Part shown: piece by piece, positions 40,867 to 51,233 of the stretch | How the letters are laid out: the number at the start of each line of letters is the position of its first letter | Numbering within the stretch: the first letter of the stretch is position 1 | Notes under the pieces: generated by a model | Seen by the model: the letters and a program-made list of their open reading frames with translations, nothing else | Told to the model about the DNA's origin: nothing | The model's database searches: none | Program-made: the position numbers and the translations under genes | Source: Thermoplasmata archaeon | Lineage (GTDB): Archaea; Thermoplasmatota; Thermoplasmata; Lutacidiplasmatales; UBA184 | Assembly (NCBI GenBank): GCA_021812305.1 | Contig: JAKAOB010000001.1 | Location: 1-51,234 of the forward strand | Length of the DNA: 51,234 nt | Direction: 5' to 3'

Positions 40867-43086
40867 TTAAGAGGGCTTTTGGGGCGGGGCGGGGGCGACG
40901 GTCGCGGTCCCCCCCGGCGGGACGATCACCTCACGACCCCCCGACCGCAGGGTCAGGGCCCGCGGGCCGCTCCAGACGACGGCCAGGCCCGACGGGGTCC
41001 AATCCAGGTCGACCCGGCCCCCGGCGAACCGGAGCGCCCGGAGGGCGGCGTGCCGCCACCCGGGCGGGAACGCCGGGTCGACCGTGAGAACCCCCTCGGG
41101 GGCCAGGGGGCGGATCCCCCACAGTCGCTCGAAGAGAACCGTCAGGAACGGCGCGATGCTGAAGCCGAGCAGGAAGCACGAATCGAACGCGGCCGGTCGG
41201 TCCCCCCGGTAGCACTCGTTGGCCAGCCCGCCCTCGTCCAGGATCCGGTCGGCGATGGTGCCGAGGTAGGCGAGGCCGCGGGCTCCGTCCCCGACGGCGA
41301 ACGCCGCTTCGGCGGCCCACGCGGTCGCGATCGTCCAGACCTGGCCGTCGTGGTACGCCTCGGGGTCGTAGCCCGTATCGGCGCTCGAGAGCGTCCGGAC
41401 CCCCCAGGGCGTCGTGACGTCCGCCCGCGCCGCGCGCTCCACGACCGCCCGCGCCTGCGCGGGAGGAAGGAGTCCGGCGGCGACCGCGCGCAGGGCATTG
41501 GGGCGGACCCGCGCGACCGGCCCCCCGGTGGAACGGAGGGAGTCGTAGAGGTAGCCCTCGGACTGCCACCAGTACGTGGCGGCCAGCCGGTCCGCGAGCA
41601 CGGCCGCCTCCCGTTCGGCCGCGTCGGCGACCTCCGCCGGCCCCGTGAGGCGGGCAAGGCGGGCCTGCGCGACGAGGGCCGAATGAAAGAGGGTCTGGAC
41701 ATCGACGGCATGGTCCCGCCGGTCGGTCGAATCCCAGATCGTGGTGTCGAGGGCATCGAACCCGTAGCGAGTCGTGCTGAGGGCCGCGGCGGCGTCCCGC
41801 AGCTCGAGCACCTCGCCGCCGTTGCGGAGGAGTCCGCTCTCGGGGGCGACCTTCGCCCGGGCCCAGGCGAGGGCGCGGGCCACGTGGTCGAGGAACGGCA
41901 CGGCGGCTCCGACGCGGCCGGTAACGTCGACCAGCCGTCGGAGAAGGTCCGGATAGTAGAGGGTCGTGTCGGACGTTCCGTACAGGAAGATCGGGCCGGG
42001 AGAGAGCTGCATCGGAAGTTCGCCGACCTCCGCCCCGAGGAGGGGCAGGTGCGCGCCCGCCTGGTAACGGAAGACGCACCGCAGCGACTCCTCGAACCAG
42101 GCGTCGTCCCCGAGCCACAGGACCGCCGGAAGCATCCAGGCAAGGTCACGGCACCACAGGGCCGCGTACCAGGGGAAGCCGGCGACCAGGCCCAGGAGGT
42201 CCCCGTCCGGGGCGGTGTAGAGCGCCCGCAGCGCGCTGCGGGCACGGACGTAGGCGGCCTCGAGCCGCGGGTCGTCGGGGAACCGCAGGGTCGGGGTTCC
42301 GGCAATCCAGAGGCGCCATTCCTGCTCCACGGCCGGCGCCCAGGCGGCCCGACGGTCGAGGGCCCGCCGGCCAAGATCGGGGTCCGTTTCGATCACCCGC
42401 TCGAGCCCCCCGGCCAGCACCCACGCGACGTCCACGGCCTGGCCCGGGGCGATCCGGAGCCGGTGGGAGGTCGTGATCGCGCCGATCTCCCCTTCCAGCT
42501 CCCTCCCGTCCCACGGAGCGCCGTTCACGGCCACCCCCTCGATCTTCGGGTCGGAGTCGAGCCGGAGGCCGAAGCCATGGGAGCGGATCTCGAGGGAGGG
42601 GTCCCGCCGCCGCAGCCCGTAGCGGTACGGCTTGATCCCCTCGACGAGCACCGGGGCCAGGTACGGCGCGAACTCCGACTCGACGACCACCTCGATCGGG
42701 GCGGTCCCTCGGGAGGCGAAGGTCAGGCGTCGTCCGACCGCCGGCGCCCCGGGAAGGATCGCGACCTCCTGCACCACGGTCAGCTCCGACATCTCGTGCC
42801 GGGTCTCGAGCCTCCCCCGCCGGGCCCCGAGCCGATCGAGCGTGGCGGCGAGCGTGAATACGTTGGACCCGAGCCCGACCCGAAGGTGCCACGGTCCGGT
42901 CAGGCGAACTCCCTGGCCGTAGACCCCGCCCCAGTCCAACATGCCCCCTCGCGTCTCCCGCAGGCAGACCGCCTCCCCGGCGCCGTCGAAGAGCGCCGCC
43001 GCCGCGAGCCCGCTCAGGAGGATCGGGCGGGAGGGGTCGGGCCGGTCCAGCGCGACGAGCAGGTCGGTGTCGATCGCCCCGCTCAC
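40867..43086 (-). CDS. Amylo-alpha-1,6-glucosidase / glycogen-debranching-enzyme-like (six-hairpin glycosidase) protein
   Basis: 739 aa with a GTG start. Supporting sequence: GFPWYAALWCRDLAWMLPA, DVQTLFHSAL, GVRTLSSADTGYDPEAYHDGQVWTIATAW, and LANECYRGD, typical of the GDE_C (alpha/alpha)6 barrel family. Confidence 0.85.
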   Translation of the reverse strand: MSGAIDTDLLVALDRPDPSRPILLSGLAAAALFDGAGEAVCLRETRGGMLDWGGVYGQGVRLTGPWHLRVGLGSNVFTLAATLDRLGARRGRLETRHEMSELTVVQEVAILPGAPAVGRRLTFASRGTAPIEVVVESEFAPYLAPVLVEGIKPYRYGLRRRDPSLEIRSHGFGLRLDSDPKIEGVAVNGAPWDGRELEGEIGAITTSHRLRIAPGQAVDVAWVLAGGLERVIETDPDLGRRALDRRAAWAPAVEQEWRLWIAGTPTLRFPDDPRLEAAYVRARSALRALYTAPDGDLLGLVAGFPWYAALWCRDLAWMLPAVLWLGDDAWFEESLRCVFRYQAGAHLPLLGAEVGELPMQLSPGPIFLYGTSDTTLYYPDLLRRLVDVTGRVGAAVPFLDHVARALAWARAKVAPESGLLRNGGEVLELRDAAAALSTTRYGFDALDTTIWDSTDRRDHAVDVQTLFHSALVAQARLARLTGPAEVADAAEREAAVLADRLAATYWWQSEGYLYDSLRSTGGPVARVRPNALRAVAAGLLPPAQARAVVERAARADVTTPWGVRTLSSADTGYDPEAYHDGQVWTIATAWAAEAAFAVGDGARGLAYLGTIADRILDEGGLANECYRGDRPAAFDSCFLLGFSIAPFLTVLFERLWGIRPLAPEGVLTVDPAFPPGWRHAALRALRFAGGRVDLDWTPSGLAVVWSGPRALTLRSGGREVIVPPGGTATVAPAPPQKPS

Positions 43087-43559
43087 GCGGCCTCCTCCGA
43101 CAGCGAATCGCTGAACTCGAACCAGACGAGGGGCGGGATCGCGACGCTGCGCAGCTCCAGGCGGACGTGGTGCGGTCCCGCGGCCGGAGGCTCGAGCGCC
43201 AGGTGGACCGTCGTCCTCTGGCCGACGGGGATCGTGACCGGCGCGGCCCGGGAGATCTCCGCGCAGGAGCGCCGGCCCCCCGCTCCGGGAAGCGCAAGGG
43301 TGACCGAACCAGGGGGGACCGGCCGGCCGTCCCAGAGGACGCTCAGCCGCTCGAAAGCCCCCATGCGCAGCGGGGGATTGAGCAGGGTGAAGACGACCCC
43401 CTCCGCGGTGCGGGTCAGCGAGCGCGGCTCGTAGACCGACCGCTCGATGAGCTCGGCGATCCGGGTGAGACCCTCGAGCGAGCGGAAGCCGAACTCGCGC
43501 GCGAGGCTGGCGCCCTGGCGCAGCAGCGACAGGTCCGTCCGCAGATGGCCCGGCGGCAC
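43083..43559 (-). CDS. Hypothetical small protein (158 aa) translationally coupled to the GDE-like gene
   Basis: The stop TGA overlaps the GTG start of the next gene (GTGA at 43083-43086). The C-terminal half is beta-rich: GVVFTLLNPPLRMGAFERLSVLWDGRPVPPGSVTL...PVTIPVGQRTTVHLAL...HHVRLELRSVAIPPLVWFEFSD. The start at GTG 43559 is tentative. The upstream part of the tracked ORF collides with the divergent gene at 43645. Confidence 0.5.
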   Translation of the reverse strand: MPPGHLRTDLSLLRQGASLAREFGFRSLEGLTRIAELIERSVYEPRSLTRTAEGVVFTLLNPPLRMGAFERLSVLWDGRPVPPGSVTLALPGAGGRRSCAEISRAAPVTIPVGQRTTVHLALEPPAAGPHHVRLELRSVAIPPLVWFEFSDSLSEEAA

Positions 43560-43644
43560 GCGGGACCCACGCCGTTCCCCCTCATCTTCGTCGCGGCGGC
43601 CCAACGATGGAACTATCCGTGGCGAGCGTGCTGGGGGCGAGAAC

Positions 43645-44859
43645 ATGAAGGCGGTGGTGCTGGGCGGCGGAGGGCTCACCGGTCGCTGCACGGTGCGGGA
43701 CCTCGCGCGGAACGGGCACTTCTCCGAGATCACCGTGGCGGACCTGGACGCCGAGCTCGCCCGGTCCGCGGCGTCGGCCGCCGGCGGCCGCGGCGTGCGC
43801 GCGGAGACGGTGGACGCCCGCGACCCGGCCTCCCTGGCCCGGGTCCTCGGGGGAGCGGACGTCTGCGTCAACGCCGTCCAGTACACCTTCAACCTGGAGG
43901 TGATGGGCGCCTGCCTGGAGGCCGGCGTCCCGTACCTTGACTTCGGCGGCCTCTTCCACATGACCCGTCGGCAGCTCGAATGGGACGGGAAGTTCCGCAA
44001 ACGGAAGCTCCTCGCGATACCGGGGCTCGGGCAGGTCCCGGGGGTCTCCAACGTCCTCGCGGCCCAGGCGACCGGCGACCTCGACCGCGTCGACTCGATC
44101 TCGATCCGGGATGGCTGGCGCGACTTCACGGAGGGGGGACCCGAGGTGCTGTTCACCTGGTCCCCCAGTACCTTCCTGGACGAGATGGAGAAGGCCGCCG
44201 CGGTCTTCGAGGACGGACAGTTCCGGGACTATCCCGCCATGAGCGGGGCGGAGGAGTTCGACTTCCCTGCGCCCGTCGGGCGCACCCGCGTCTACCGCAC
44301 CCTTCACTCGGAGCCGGCGACGCTCGTTCCCTTCCTCGCCGGAAAGGGGGTCCGCCACGTGGAGTGGAAGGAGGGCGGACCGGGCATCGATGTCCTCCGC
44401 ACGATGTCCCTGCTCGGCCTCGGCTCGTCCCGACCGGTGAAGGTCCGGGGCCAGGAGGTCGTTCCGCGCGAGTTCATCCTCGCCCTGCTCCGCCGCGAGG
44501 GGCTCCTGGGCATCCCCCCGGGGGTCACGGTGAACGACTGGGAGGTCTGCGACCTCGAGATCCACGGGGAGTCCAGCGGCCGCCCGGTCCACCGGCACGC
44601 CCAGGCGCGCTTCCCGCCCAAGCCCGAGTGGGGGCTCTCCGCGACCGAGTACGCGGTCGGGGTCTGCGGGGCGATCGGGGCGGAGATGATCGTCGATGGG
44701 ACGATCGCGGCGGTCGGGGTCGTCCCTCCCGAGGGATGCGTCCCGGCAGGGCCGTTCCGGGCGGCCCTGGCGGAGCGGGGCATCGAAACCACGATCCACC
44801 CTCCCGAGCCCCCCCTCCCCGCGGTCGACCCTCGCCCACGGAAGGGCGGAAAGATGTGA
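43645..44859 (+). CDS. Saccharopine dehydrogenase-family NAD(P)-binding oxidoreductase
   Basis: 404 aa from ATG 43645. Supporting sequence: MKAVVLGGGGLTGRCTVRDLARNG, ITVADLD, DVCVNAVQYTFNLEVMGACLEAGVPYLDFGG, and AIPGLGQVPGVSN. Confidence 0.85.
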   Translation: MKAVVLGGGGLTGRCTVRDLARNGHFSEITVADLDAELARSAASAAGGRGVRAETVDARDPASLARVLGGADVCVNAVQYTFNLEVMGACLEAGVPYLDFGGLFHMTRRQLEWDGKFRKRKLLAIPGLGQVPGVSNVLAAQATGDLDRVDSISIRDGWRDFTEGGPEVLFTWSPSTFLDEMEKAAAVFEDGQFRDYPAMSGAEEFDFPAPVGRTRVYRTLHSEPATLVPFLAGKGVRHVEWKEGGPGIDVLRTMSLLGLGSSRPVKVRGQEVVPREFILALLRREGLLGIPPGVTVNDWEVCDLEIHGESSGRPVHRHAQARFPPKPEWGLSATEYAVGVCGAIGAEMIVDGTIAAVGVVPPEGCVPAGPFRAALAERGIETTIHPPEPPLPAVDPRPRKGGKM

Positions 44860-44991
44860 ACGGATGGCATGGAATACAAAACCCGCATTCCAAACTATTC
44901 AATACTACACTAAACACGCTCAAATCATATTGTAACATTCTTTGCAAAACTGCTGGCGTGTTGTATACCCGATGTTCTTCCCGTTCGCCAT

Positions 44992-45001
44992 CTATATATA
45001 G
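44992..45001 (+). promoter_or_regulatory. Strong TATA box (CTATATATAG) upstream of the aminotransferase/ABC operon
   Basis: This is the longest uninterrupted A/T alternation I noticed in the window. It lies 40-49 nt upstream of ATG 45041, at the 3' edge of an AT-rich island. Confidence 0.5.
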
Positions 45002-45040
45002 GGTCCTCCGGCTCCCAGAACCGTTTCGGATGTGTTCTCT

Positions 45041-46711
45041 ATGGACGAGCGGGACCCCCGGCTCCACGGCCCTCCGGTACGCCCGGACGGCGTCCCGGGG
45101 ACGCTGAACCCGGTCCCGGGCGAGCCGCTCGGCCGACTGGCGGCGGAAGGGAGCGCCGTCCGCCCGCCCAGCGCTCCGGCCGAGGAGCCGGCCAAGCCCG
45201 CGCCCCCGGTCGACAAGCCGGACCGGCCGGATCGGAGCGAGCGCCCTCCGGAGCGCGCGGCGGACAAGCCCGCCGAGAAGGCGGCGGAGAAGGCCGGGGA
45301 CAAGCCCGGGGAGAAGGTGGAGTCCCCGGACGCCGAGGCCCCGCCCCCGGTGCCGGTCCCGATCGCCCGGCTCATCCCGAAGCTCAAGAAGAGCGCGAAG
45401 CTGTTCGAGGAGGGCAAGCGCCACATCCCGAACTCCTCGAGCTCGCTCATCCGGGTCGCGAGCTACGACCCGTGCCCGCCGTTCATCGCCCGGGGAAAGG
45501 GGCCGCGGATCTGGGACGAGGACGGCAACGAGTACCTGGACTTCAACCTGGCCTACGGCTGCCTCATCAACGGCCATGCCCATCCCGAGATGGTCAAGGC
45601 GCTGAGCGCCCAGGCGGAGCTCGGGTTCCATTTCGCGAGTCCCACCGAGCTCGAGATCGACGTCGCCAAGCAGTTCCAGAAGCTGGTGCCGAGCGCCGAG
45701 CGCGTCGCGTTCTGCTCGAACGGGTCCGACGCGACGATGAACGCGATCCGGATCGCACGGGCGGTCACCGGCAAGGACGGGATCCTCAAGTTCGAGGGCC
45801 ACTACCACGGGCAGCACGACTACGCGCTCATCAGCGCGGAGGCGCCGCCGATCGTCGCCGGCCTGGACGAGTACCCCCGTCCCCTCCCGAACTCCGCGGG
45901 GATCCCCCCGGGGGTGACGGACTACGTGATGGTCGCCCCGTACAACTCCATCCCCGCGTTCGAGCGGATGGTCAAGCGCTACCGCGACCGCCTCGCGGCC
46001 GTCATCCTGGAGCCGGTGATGGCCAACGCCGGGGTCATCGCCCCGGCCCCGGACTATCTCAAGCGCCTGCGGGAGATCACCCGCGAGAACGACCTCCTGC
46101 TGATCTTCGACGAGGTGTTCACCGGCTTTAGGGTCGCTCCGGGCGGCGCGCAGCAGCTCTACAAGGTCGAGCCGGACCTCTCCTGCTGGGCGAAGGCGCT
46201 CGGGGGCGGGGTGCCGATCTCGGCCGTGTCGGGCAAGGCCGAGTTCATGGACCTCATCGCCCCGGGCCGCATCTCGTTCGGCGGGACCTATTTTGCCAAC
46301 AACCTGTCGCTCGCCGCGTCCCTCGCGAACCTCAAGATCCTCGCGCGCGGCGGCGAGGAGCTCTACGACCGGTTCGGCCGCATGACCCAGCATCTGGAGA
46401 AGGGGATCGAGCAGGCCGCGCGGGATGCGAAGATCAACGTGCTCGTCCAGTCGGTCAACGGCATGCTGCAGTTCTTCTTCACCCGGCGCAAGAAGATCGC
46501 GAACTACCGGGAGTCGCTCCAGATCGACTGGAACCTCTACCTGCGCCACCACCAGCTGCTGCTCGACCACGGGGTGTACATCCACCCGGACAACTACGAG
46601 CGGATCACCTTCTCGACGGCCCACACCGAGAAGGACGTCGACCGTTTCCTGGAGGTCCTCGCCCAGACCTTCGCCGAGCTCAAGACCCTCCCCCGCGACT
46701 ACCTCCCCTAG
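45041..46711 (+). CDS. Class III PLP aminotransferase, glutamate-1-semialdehyde 2,1-aminomutase (HemL)-like, with a low-complexity N-terminal extension
   Basis: The core from about residue 110 shows GKGPRIWDEDGNEYLDFNLAYGCLINGHAHPEMV, FCSNGSDATMNAIRIAR, LKFEGHYHG, ILEPVMANAGV, LIFDEVFTGFR, and the PLP Lys in WAKALGGGVPISAV. Residues 1 to about 105 are Pro/Ala/Lys/Glu-rich. An alternative start at GTG 45350 would remove the extension. Confidence 0.85.
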   Translation: MDERDPRLHGPPVRPDGVPGTLNPVPGEPLGRLAAEGSAVRPPSAPAEEPAKPAPPVDKPDRPDRSERPPERAADKPAEKAAEKAGDKPGEKVESPDAEAPPPVPVPIARLIPKLKKSAKLFEEGKRHIPNSSSSLIRVASYDPCPPFIARGKGPRIWDEDGNEYLDFNLAYGCLINGHAHPEMVKALSAQAELGFHFASPTELEIDVAKQFQKLVPSAERVAFCSNGSDATMNAIRIARAVTGKDGILKFEGHYHGQHDYALISAEAPPIVAGLDEYPRPLPNSAGIPPGVTDYVMVAPYNSIPAFERMVKRYRDRLAAVILEPVMANAGVIAPAPDYLKRLREITRENDLLLIFDEVFTGFRVAPGGAQQLYKVEPDLSCWAKALGGGVPISAVSGKAEFMDLIAPGRISFGGTYFANNLSLAASLANLKILARGGEELYDRFGRMTQHLEKGIEQAARDAKINVLVQSVNGMLQFFFTRRKKIANYRESLQIDWNLYLRHHQLLLDHGVYIHPDNYERITFSTAHTEKDVDRFLEVLAQTFAELKTLPRDYLP

Positions 46712-46722
46712 CCCGCACCGGT

Positions 46723-46758
46723 GGGGCCGGCCCCGGTGGCCCCTCTCAGCACGTTTTT
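46723..46758 (+). terminator. Possible archaeal terminator: GC palindrome followed by a T5 run
   Basis: The perfect 12-bp palindrome GGGGCCGGCCCC lies at 46723-46734 and TTTTT at 46754-46758, 12-47 nt after the aminotransferase stop. Oligo-T tracts are rare in this sequence. Confidence 0.3.
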
Positions 46759-46833
46759 GTAGGGCGCGGGGTTCGTTCGGGCGTGCGACATCGGGAGAGG
46801 CCGGGCCCCCCGTTCCGAGGGACGTAGACCCCG

Positions 46834-47853
46834 ATGGGACGGAGCTTCAGCGGCCTCGTCATCTTCGTCCTGAAGCGTCTGGTCCAGCTCATCCCCGTGG
46901 TCTTCGGGGTCGCCACGATCACGTTCATCTTCACGCGGCTCGCCGTCCGCGACCCCTGCGCGATCTGGTACCCGAAGGCGAAGCCGGCGGTCGTCCAGGG
47001 ATGCATCCATACCTTCGGGCTCGACCAGCCGATCCCGACCCAGTTCGTGAACTACCTGGGCCAGCTGCTGCGGGGGGACTGGGGGAACGCCCCGCCCAGC
47101 CTCGGCAGCGCGCCGGTCCTCCCCACGATCCTCTCCCAGTTCCCCGCGACGCTCGAGCTGGTCCTCACGTCGCTCTTCCTGATGGTCGTCATCGGCATCC
47201 CGCTCGGGGTCGTCGCGGCGAACGCCAACGGCCGCATCGCCGACCATCTCGTGCGGATCTTCTACCTGAGCGGCTGGGCCACGCCGACGTACCTCGCCGC
47301 GGTCCTCCTTGCGATCGCGGTCGGACCGGTCCTCGGTCTTCCGGTGTCGAGCGCGACGCCCCCGCCGTACCCCACCCCGACCCATTTCTCGCTGATCGAC
47401 GCCGCCCTCACGCTGAACCCGTCGAACGTCGCGTACGCGGCCGCGCATCTCGCCCTGCCGGCCGTCGCGCTGGCCTTCCTGAACATGGGCATCGCGACCC
47501 GGATGACCCGCAGCTCGATGCTCGAGGTCCTTCCGCTCGACTACGTCAAGACCGCGCGGATGAAGGGGCTCACCCAGGCGTGGGTGCTCTACAAGCACGC
47601 GCTGCGGAACTCGCTCATCACGACCGTCACCGTCCTCGGGATCACGGCGGGTGGGCTGCTGTCGGGGACGGTCGTCATCGAGTCGATCTTCAGCTGGCCG
47701 GGGATCGGCAAGTACGCCTACCAGGCGATCGTCGGCTACAACTTTCCCGGGACGGTCGGCGTGGTCATCGTCTTCGCCGTCGGGGTCGTCGTCGCGAACC
47801 TCATCGCCGACGTGCTGTACGGCATCCTCGACCCGCGGGTGGAGTGGCGGTAG
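46834..47853 (+). CDS. ABC transporter permease, DppB/OppB-like (peptide/nickel family)
   Basis: 339 aa. The N-terminus is VIFVLKRLVQLIPVVFGVATITFIF. An EAA-like loop region (YVKTARMKGL) and 6 TM segments are present. Confidence 0.95.
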   Translation: MGRSFSGLVIFVLKRLVQLIPVVFGVATITFIFTRLAVRDPCAIWYPKAKPAVVQGCIHTFGLDQPIPTQFVNYLGQLLRGDWGNAPPSLGSAPVLPTILSQFPATLELVLTSLFLMVVIGIPLGVVAANANGRIADHLVRIFYLSGWATPTYLAAVLLAIAVGPVLGLPVSSATPPPYPTPTHFSLIDAALTLNPSNVAYAAAHLALPAVALAFLNMGIATRMTRSSMLEVLPLDYVKTARMKGLTQAWVLYKHALRNSLITTVTVLGITAGGLLSGTVVIESIFSWPGIGKYAYQAIVGYNFPGTVGVVIVFAVGVVVANLIADVLYGILDPRVEWR

Positions 47854-48851
47854 ATGGCGGACGCCAAGCCCGCCGTGCCGCCGGGACCGCCGCGCCGGCG
47901 CATCGGGGCGCTGCGGGTGATCGGCGACCTCATCACGGTCCTTCGGGCGAACCCCCTCACGCTCGCCGGGTTCGTTCTGGTGGCGCTCATCATGGGGACG
48001 GCGGTCCTCGTCGCCGGGGTGCCGTTCGTCAGCGGCCTCTTCACCGGCCACAGCGTCGAGGTCCTTCCGTACGCCCCCAACCAGATCTCGACGGCGGTCA
48101 AGCAGGGCCCATCGCTCGCCCACCCGTTCGGGACGGACAACGTCGGCGAGGACATCTTCAGCCAGGTCCTGTACGCCCTCCCGCTCGACCTCTTCATCGG
48201 CTTCGCCGTCACCGGCTTCGCCCTCCTGGTCGGCGGCCTCCTCGGCCTCGTCGCCGGCTACTGGGACTCCCCCGGCACCGTCGGGGGGTTCAGCTCCGTC
48301 GCGATCCTCCGCGTCACGGACGTCTTCCTCGCCTTCCCGTCGCTCGTCCTCGCGCTCGCGATCACCGCGGCGCTGGGCCGCGGGACCTTCCCGGCGATCC
48401 TCGCGATCATGCTGTCGTGGTGGCCGTACTACGTCCGTCTGACCCGCGGCGAGGTGCTCGCGGTCAAGCACCTGCCCTACGTCACCGCGGCCCGGGGCGC
48501 CGGGGTCTCCGACCTGCGCATCCTGCGCCGCCACATTCTCGCGAACATCCTCGAGCCGCTGACGGTCTACTACACGATGGACGTCGGGACCGTCCTCATC
48601 ACCTTCTCGACGATCAACTACGTCGGGATCGGCGTCCCCCTCACCGTCCCCGAGTGGGGCAACCAGATCGTCCTCTACCAGGACTTCCTGCTCAACCTTC
48701 CGTGGACCGTCGCCGCGCCGGGGCTGGCGATCTTCATCACGGTGCTCGCCTTCAGCCTGCTCGGCGACGGCCTCCGGGACATCCTCGACCCCCGCAGCCG
48801 ACGCGCGCTGACCCGGTCCGCGGGCAGCGCCTCCGCCGGGTCGGAGGAGGC

Positions 48852-48855
<4 letters not shown>
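47854..48855 (+). CDS. ABC transporter permease, DppC/OppC-like
   Basis: 333 aa. The ATG immediately follows the upstream stop. Supporting sequence: PFGTDNVGEDIFSQVLYA, YVTAARGAGVS, and the C-terminal GDGLRDILDPR. Confidence 0.95.
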
Positions 48856-49987
<1,132 letters not shown>

Positions 49988-49991
<4 letters not shown>

Positions 49992-51067
49992 GCACTCCGC
50001 CCCTCCTCGAGGTCCGTGACCTCGTCAAGCACTTCCCCCTTCCGCGCACGTTCGGCGACGCCCTCGCCGGCCGCCCGCGGCGCGCGGTCCGGGCCGTGGA
50101 CGGGGTCTCGTTCTCGATGGCCGGCGGAGAGACGCTCGGGCTGATCGGGGAGTCCGGTTCGGGCAAGACGACCCTCGGCTGGGTCGTGGGCCACCTGCAT
50201 CCGCCCACCGCCGGGCGGCTCCTGTTCGATGGCGCGGACGCGACGTCCCTCTCCGGTAGCGCGCTCCGCCGGTGGCGGCGGAACGTCCAGACGGTCTTCC
50301 AGGATCCGGTCGGCTCGCTCGACCCGCGGATGCGGGTCTGGCAGATCGTCGGGGAGCCGCTGTCGGCGCAGCGGAACATGGGCCGCGCCGAACTGCGGAA
50401 CCGGGTCGGCGAGCTCCTCCCCCAGGTCGGCCTCCCTCCGGATTGCCTCGACCAGTACCCCCACGAGTTCTCCGGGGGCGGGCGCCAGCGTCTCTCCCTC
50501 GCCCGCGCGTTGAGCGTGGAGCCCCGCCTGATCGTCCTCGACGAGCCGACGAGCGCCCTGGACGTCGCGGTGCAGGCGCAGATCCTCAACCGGCTGGTCG
50601 AACTGCAGCGCGAGCGCGGGATCGCCTACCTCCTCATCACCCACAACGTCTCCGCCGTCCGCTACGTCGCCGACCGGGTGGCGGTCATGTACCTGGGGAA
50701 GGTCGCCGAGCTCGGGAGCGTCCGTCAGGTCCTCGAGGCCCCGGTCCACCCGTACACGAAGGCGCTCCTGGCCGCCCTACCGGTGGCGGATGTCCGGCGC
50801 CGCCGGGCCCGCTACCGCATCACGGGAGAGATCCCGACCCTCGTCGATCCCCCACCGGGGTGCCGCTTCGCGGCCCGGTGCCCGTTCGTGGTCGACCTCT
50901 GCCGTCGCGTCGAGCCCCTGCTCACGGAGCTCGCCGGGGGTGGCGGCCGGCTCGTGGCCTGCCATCGAGCGGCCGAGGTCGCCGACGTCCGTCCCGAGAC
51001 GTTCGTCACCAGCGAGCCGACCGCGGCCCCCTCGCCCCCCACCGGGCCGGGGTCGGTCGTCAGCTGA
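49988..51067 (+). CDS. ABC transporter ATP-binding protein, DppF/OppF-like
   Basis: GTG 49988 lies in a GTGA overlap. Motifs seen: Walker A GESGSGKTT, signature FSGGGRQRLSLA, Walker B LIVLDEPTSALD, and the C-terminal HPYTKALL...GCRFAARCP. Confidence 0.95.
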
Positions 51068-51233
51068 CGTACTGCGTGTTGAACGTGAGCTCGTAGGGCT
51101 CCGCGCTCGCCATCGGATTCTGGACGATACCCTGCAGGGACGGGTTGTACACCGCGAACGCCGTCGGGACCACGAGCCAGGCGTCCGTGTAGTTCTGGTA
51201 CATCATCTGCGTCATCTGGGTGTACTCGCTCGT
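51060..51233 (-). CDS. 3' end of an ABC substrate-binding protein (family 5, peptide/nickel type); 5'-partial at the window edge
   Basis: The minus-strand frame is open from the right edge, with stop TGA at 51060-51062. The translation TSEYTQMTQMMYQNYTDAWLVVPTAFAVYNPSLQGIVQNPMASAEPYELTFNTQYVS resembles SBP_bac_5 C-termini. It overlaps the convergent ATPase stop by 8 nt. Confidence 0.55.
   Translation of the reverse strand, partial: TSEYTQMTQMMYQNYTDAWLVVPTAFAVYNPSLQGIVQNPMASAEPYELTFNTQYVS

Noticed and set aside
44861-45040. C/D-box sRNA in the AT-rich island
   Set aside because: There is no RUGAUGA C box or CUGA D box pair on either strand. The closest match, AUGAUUUGA on the minus strand, is not convincing.
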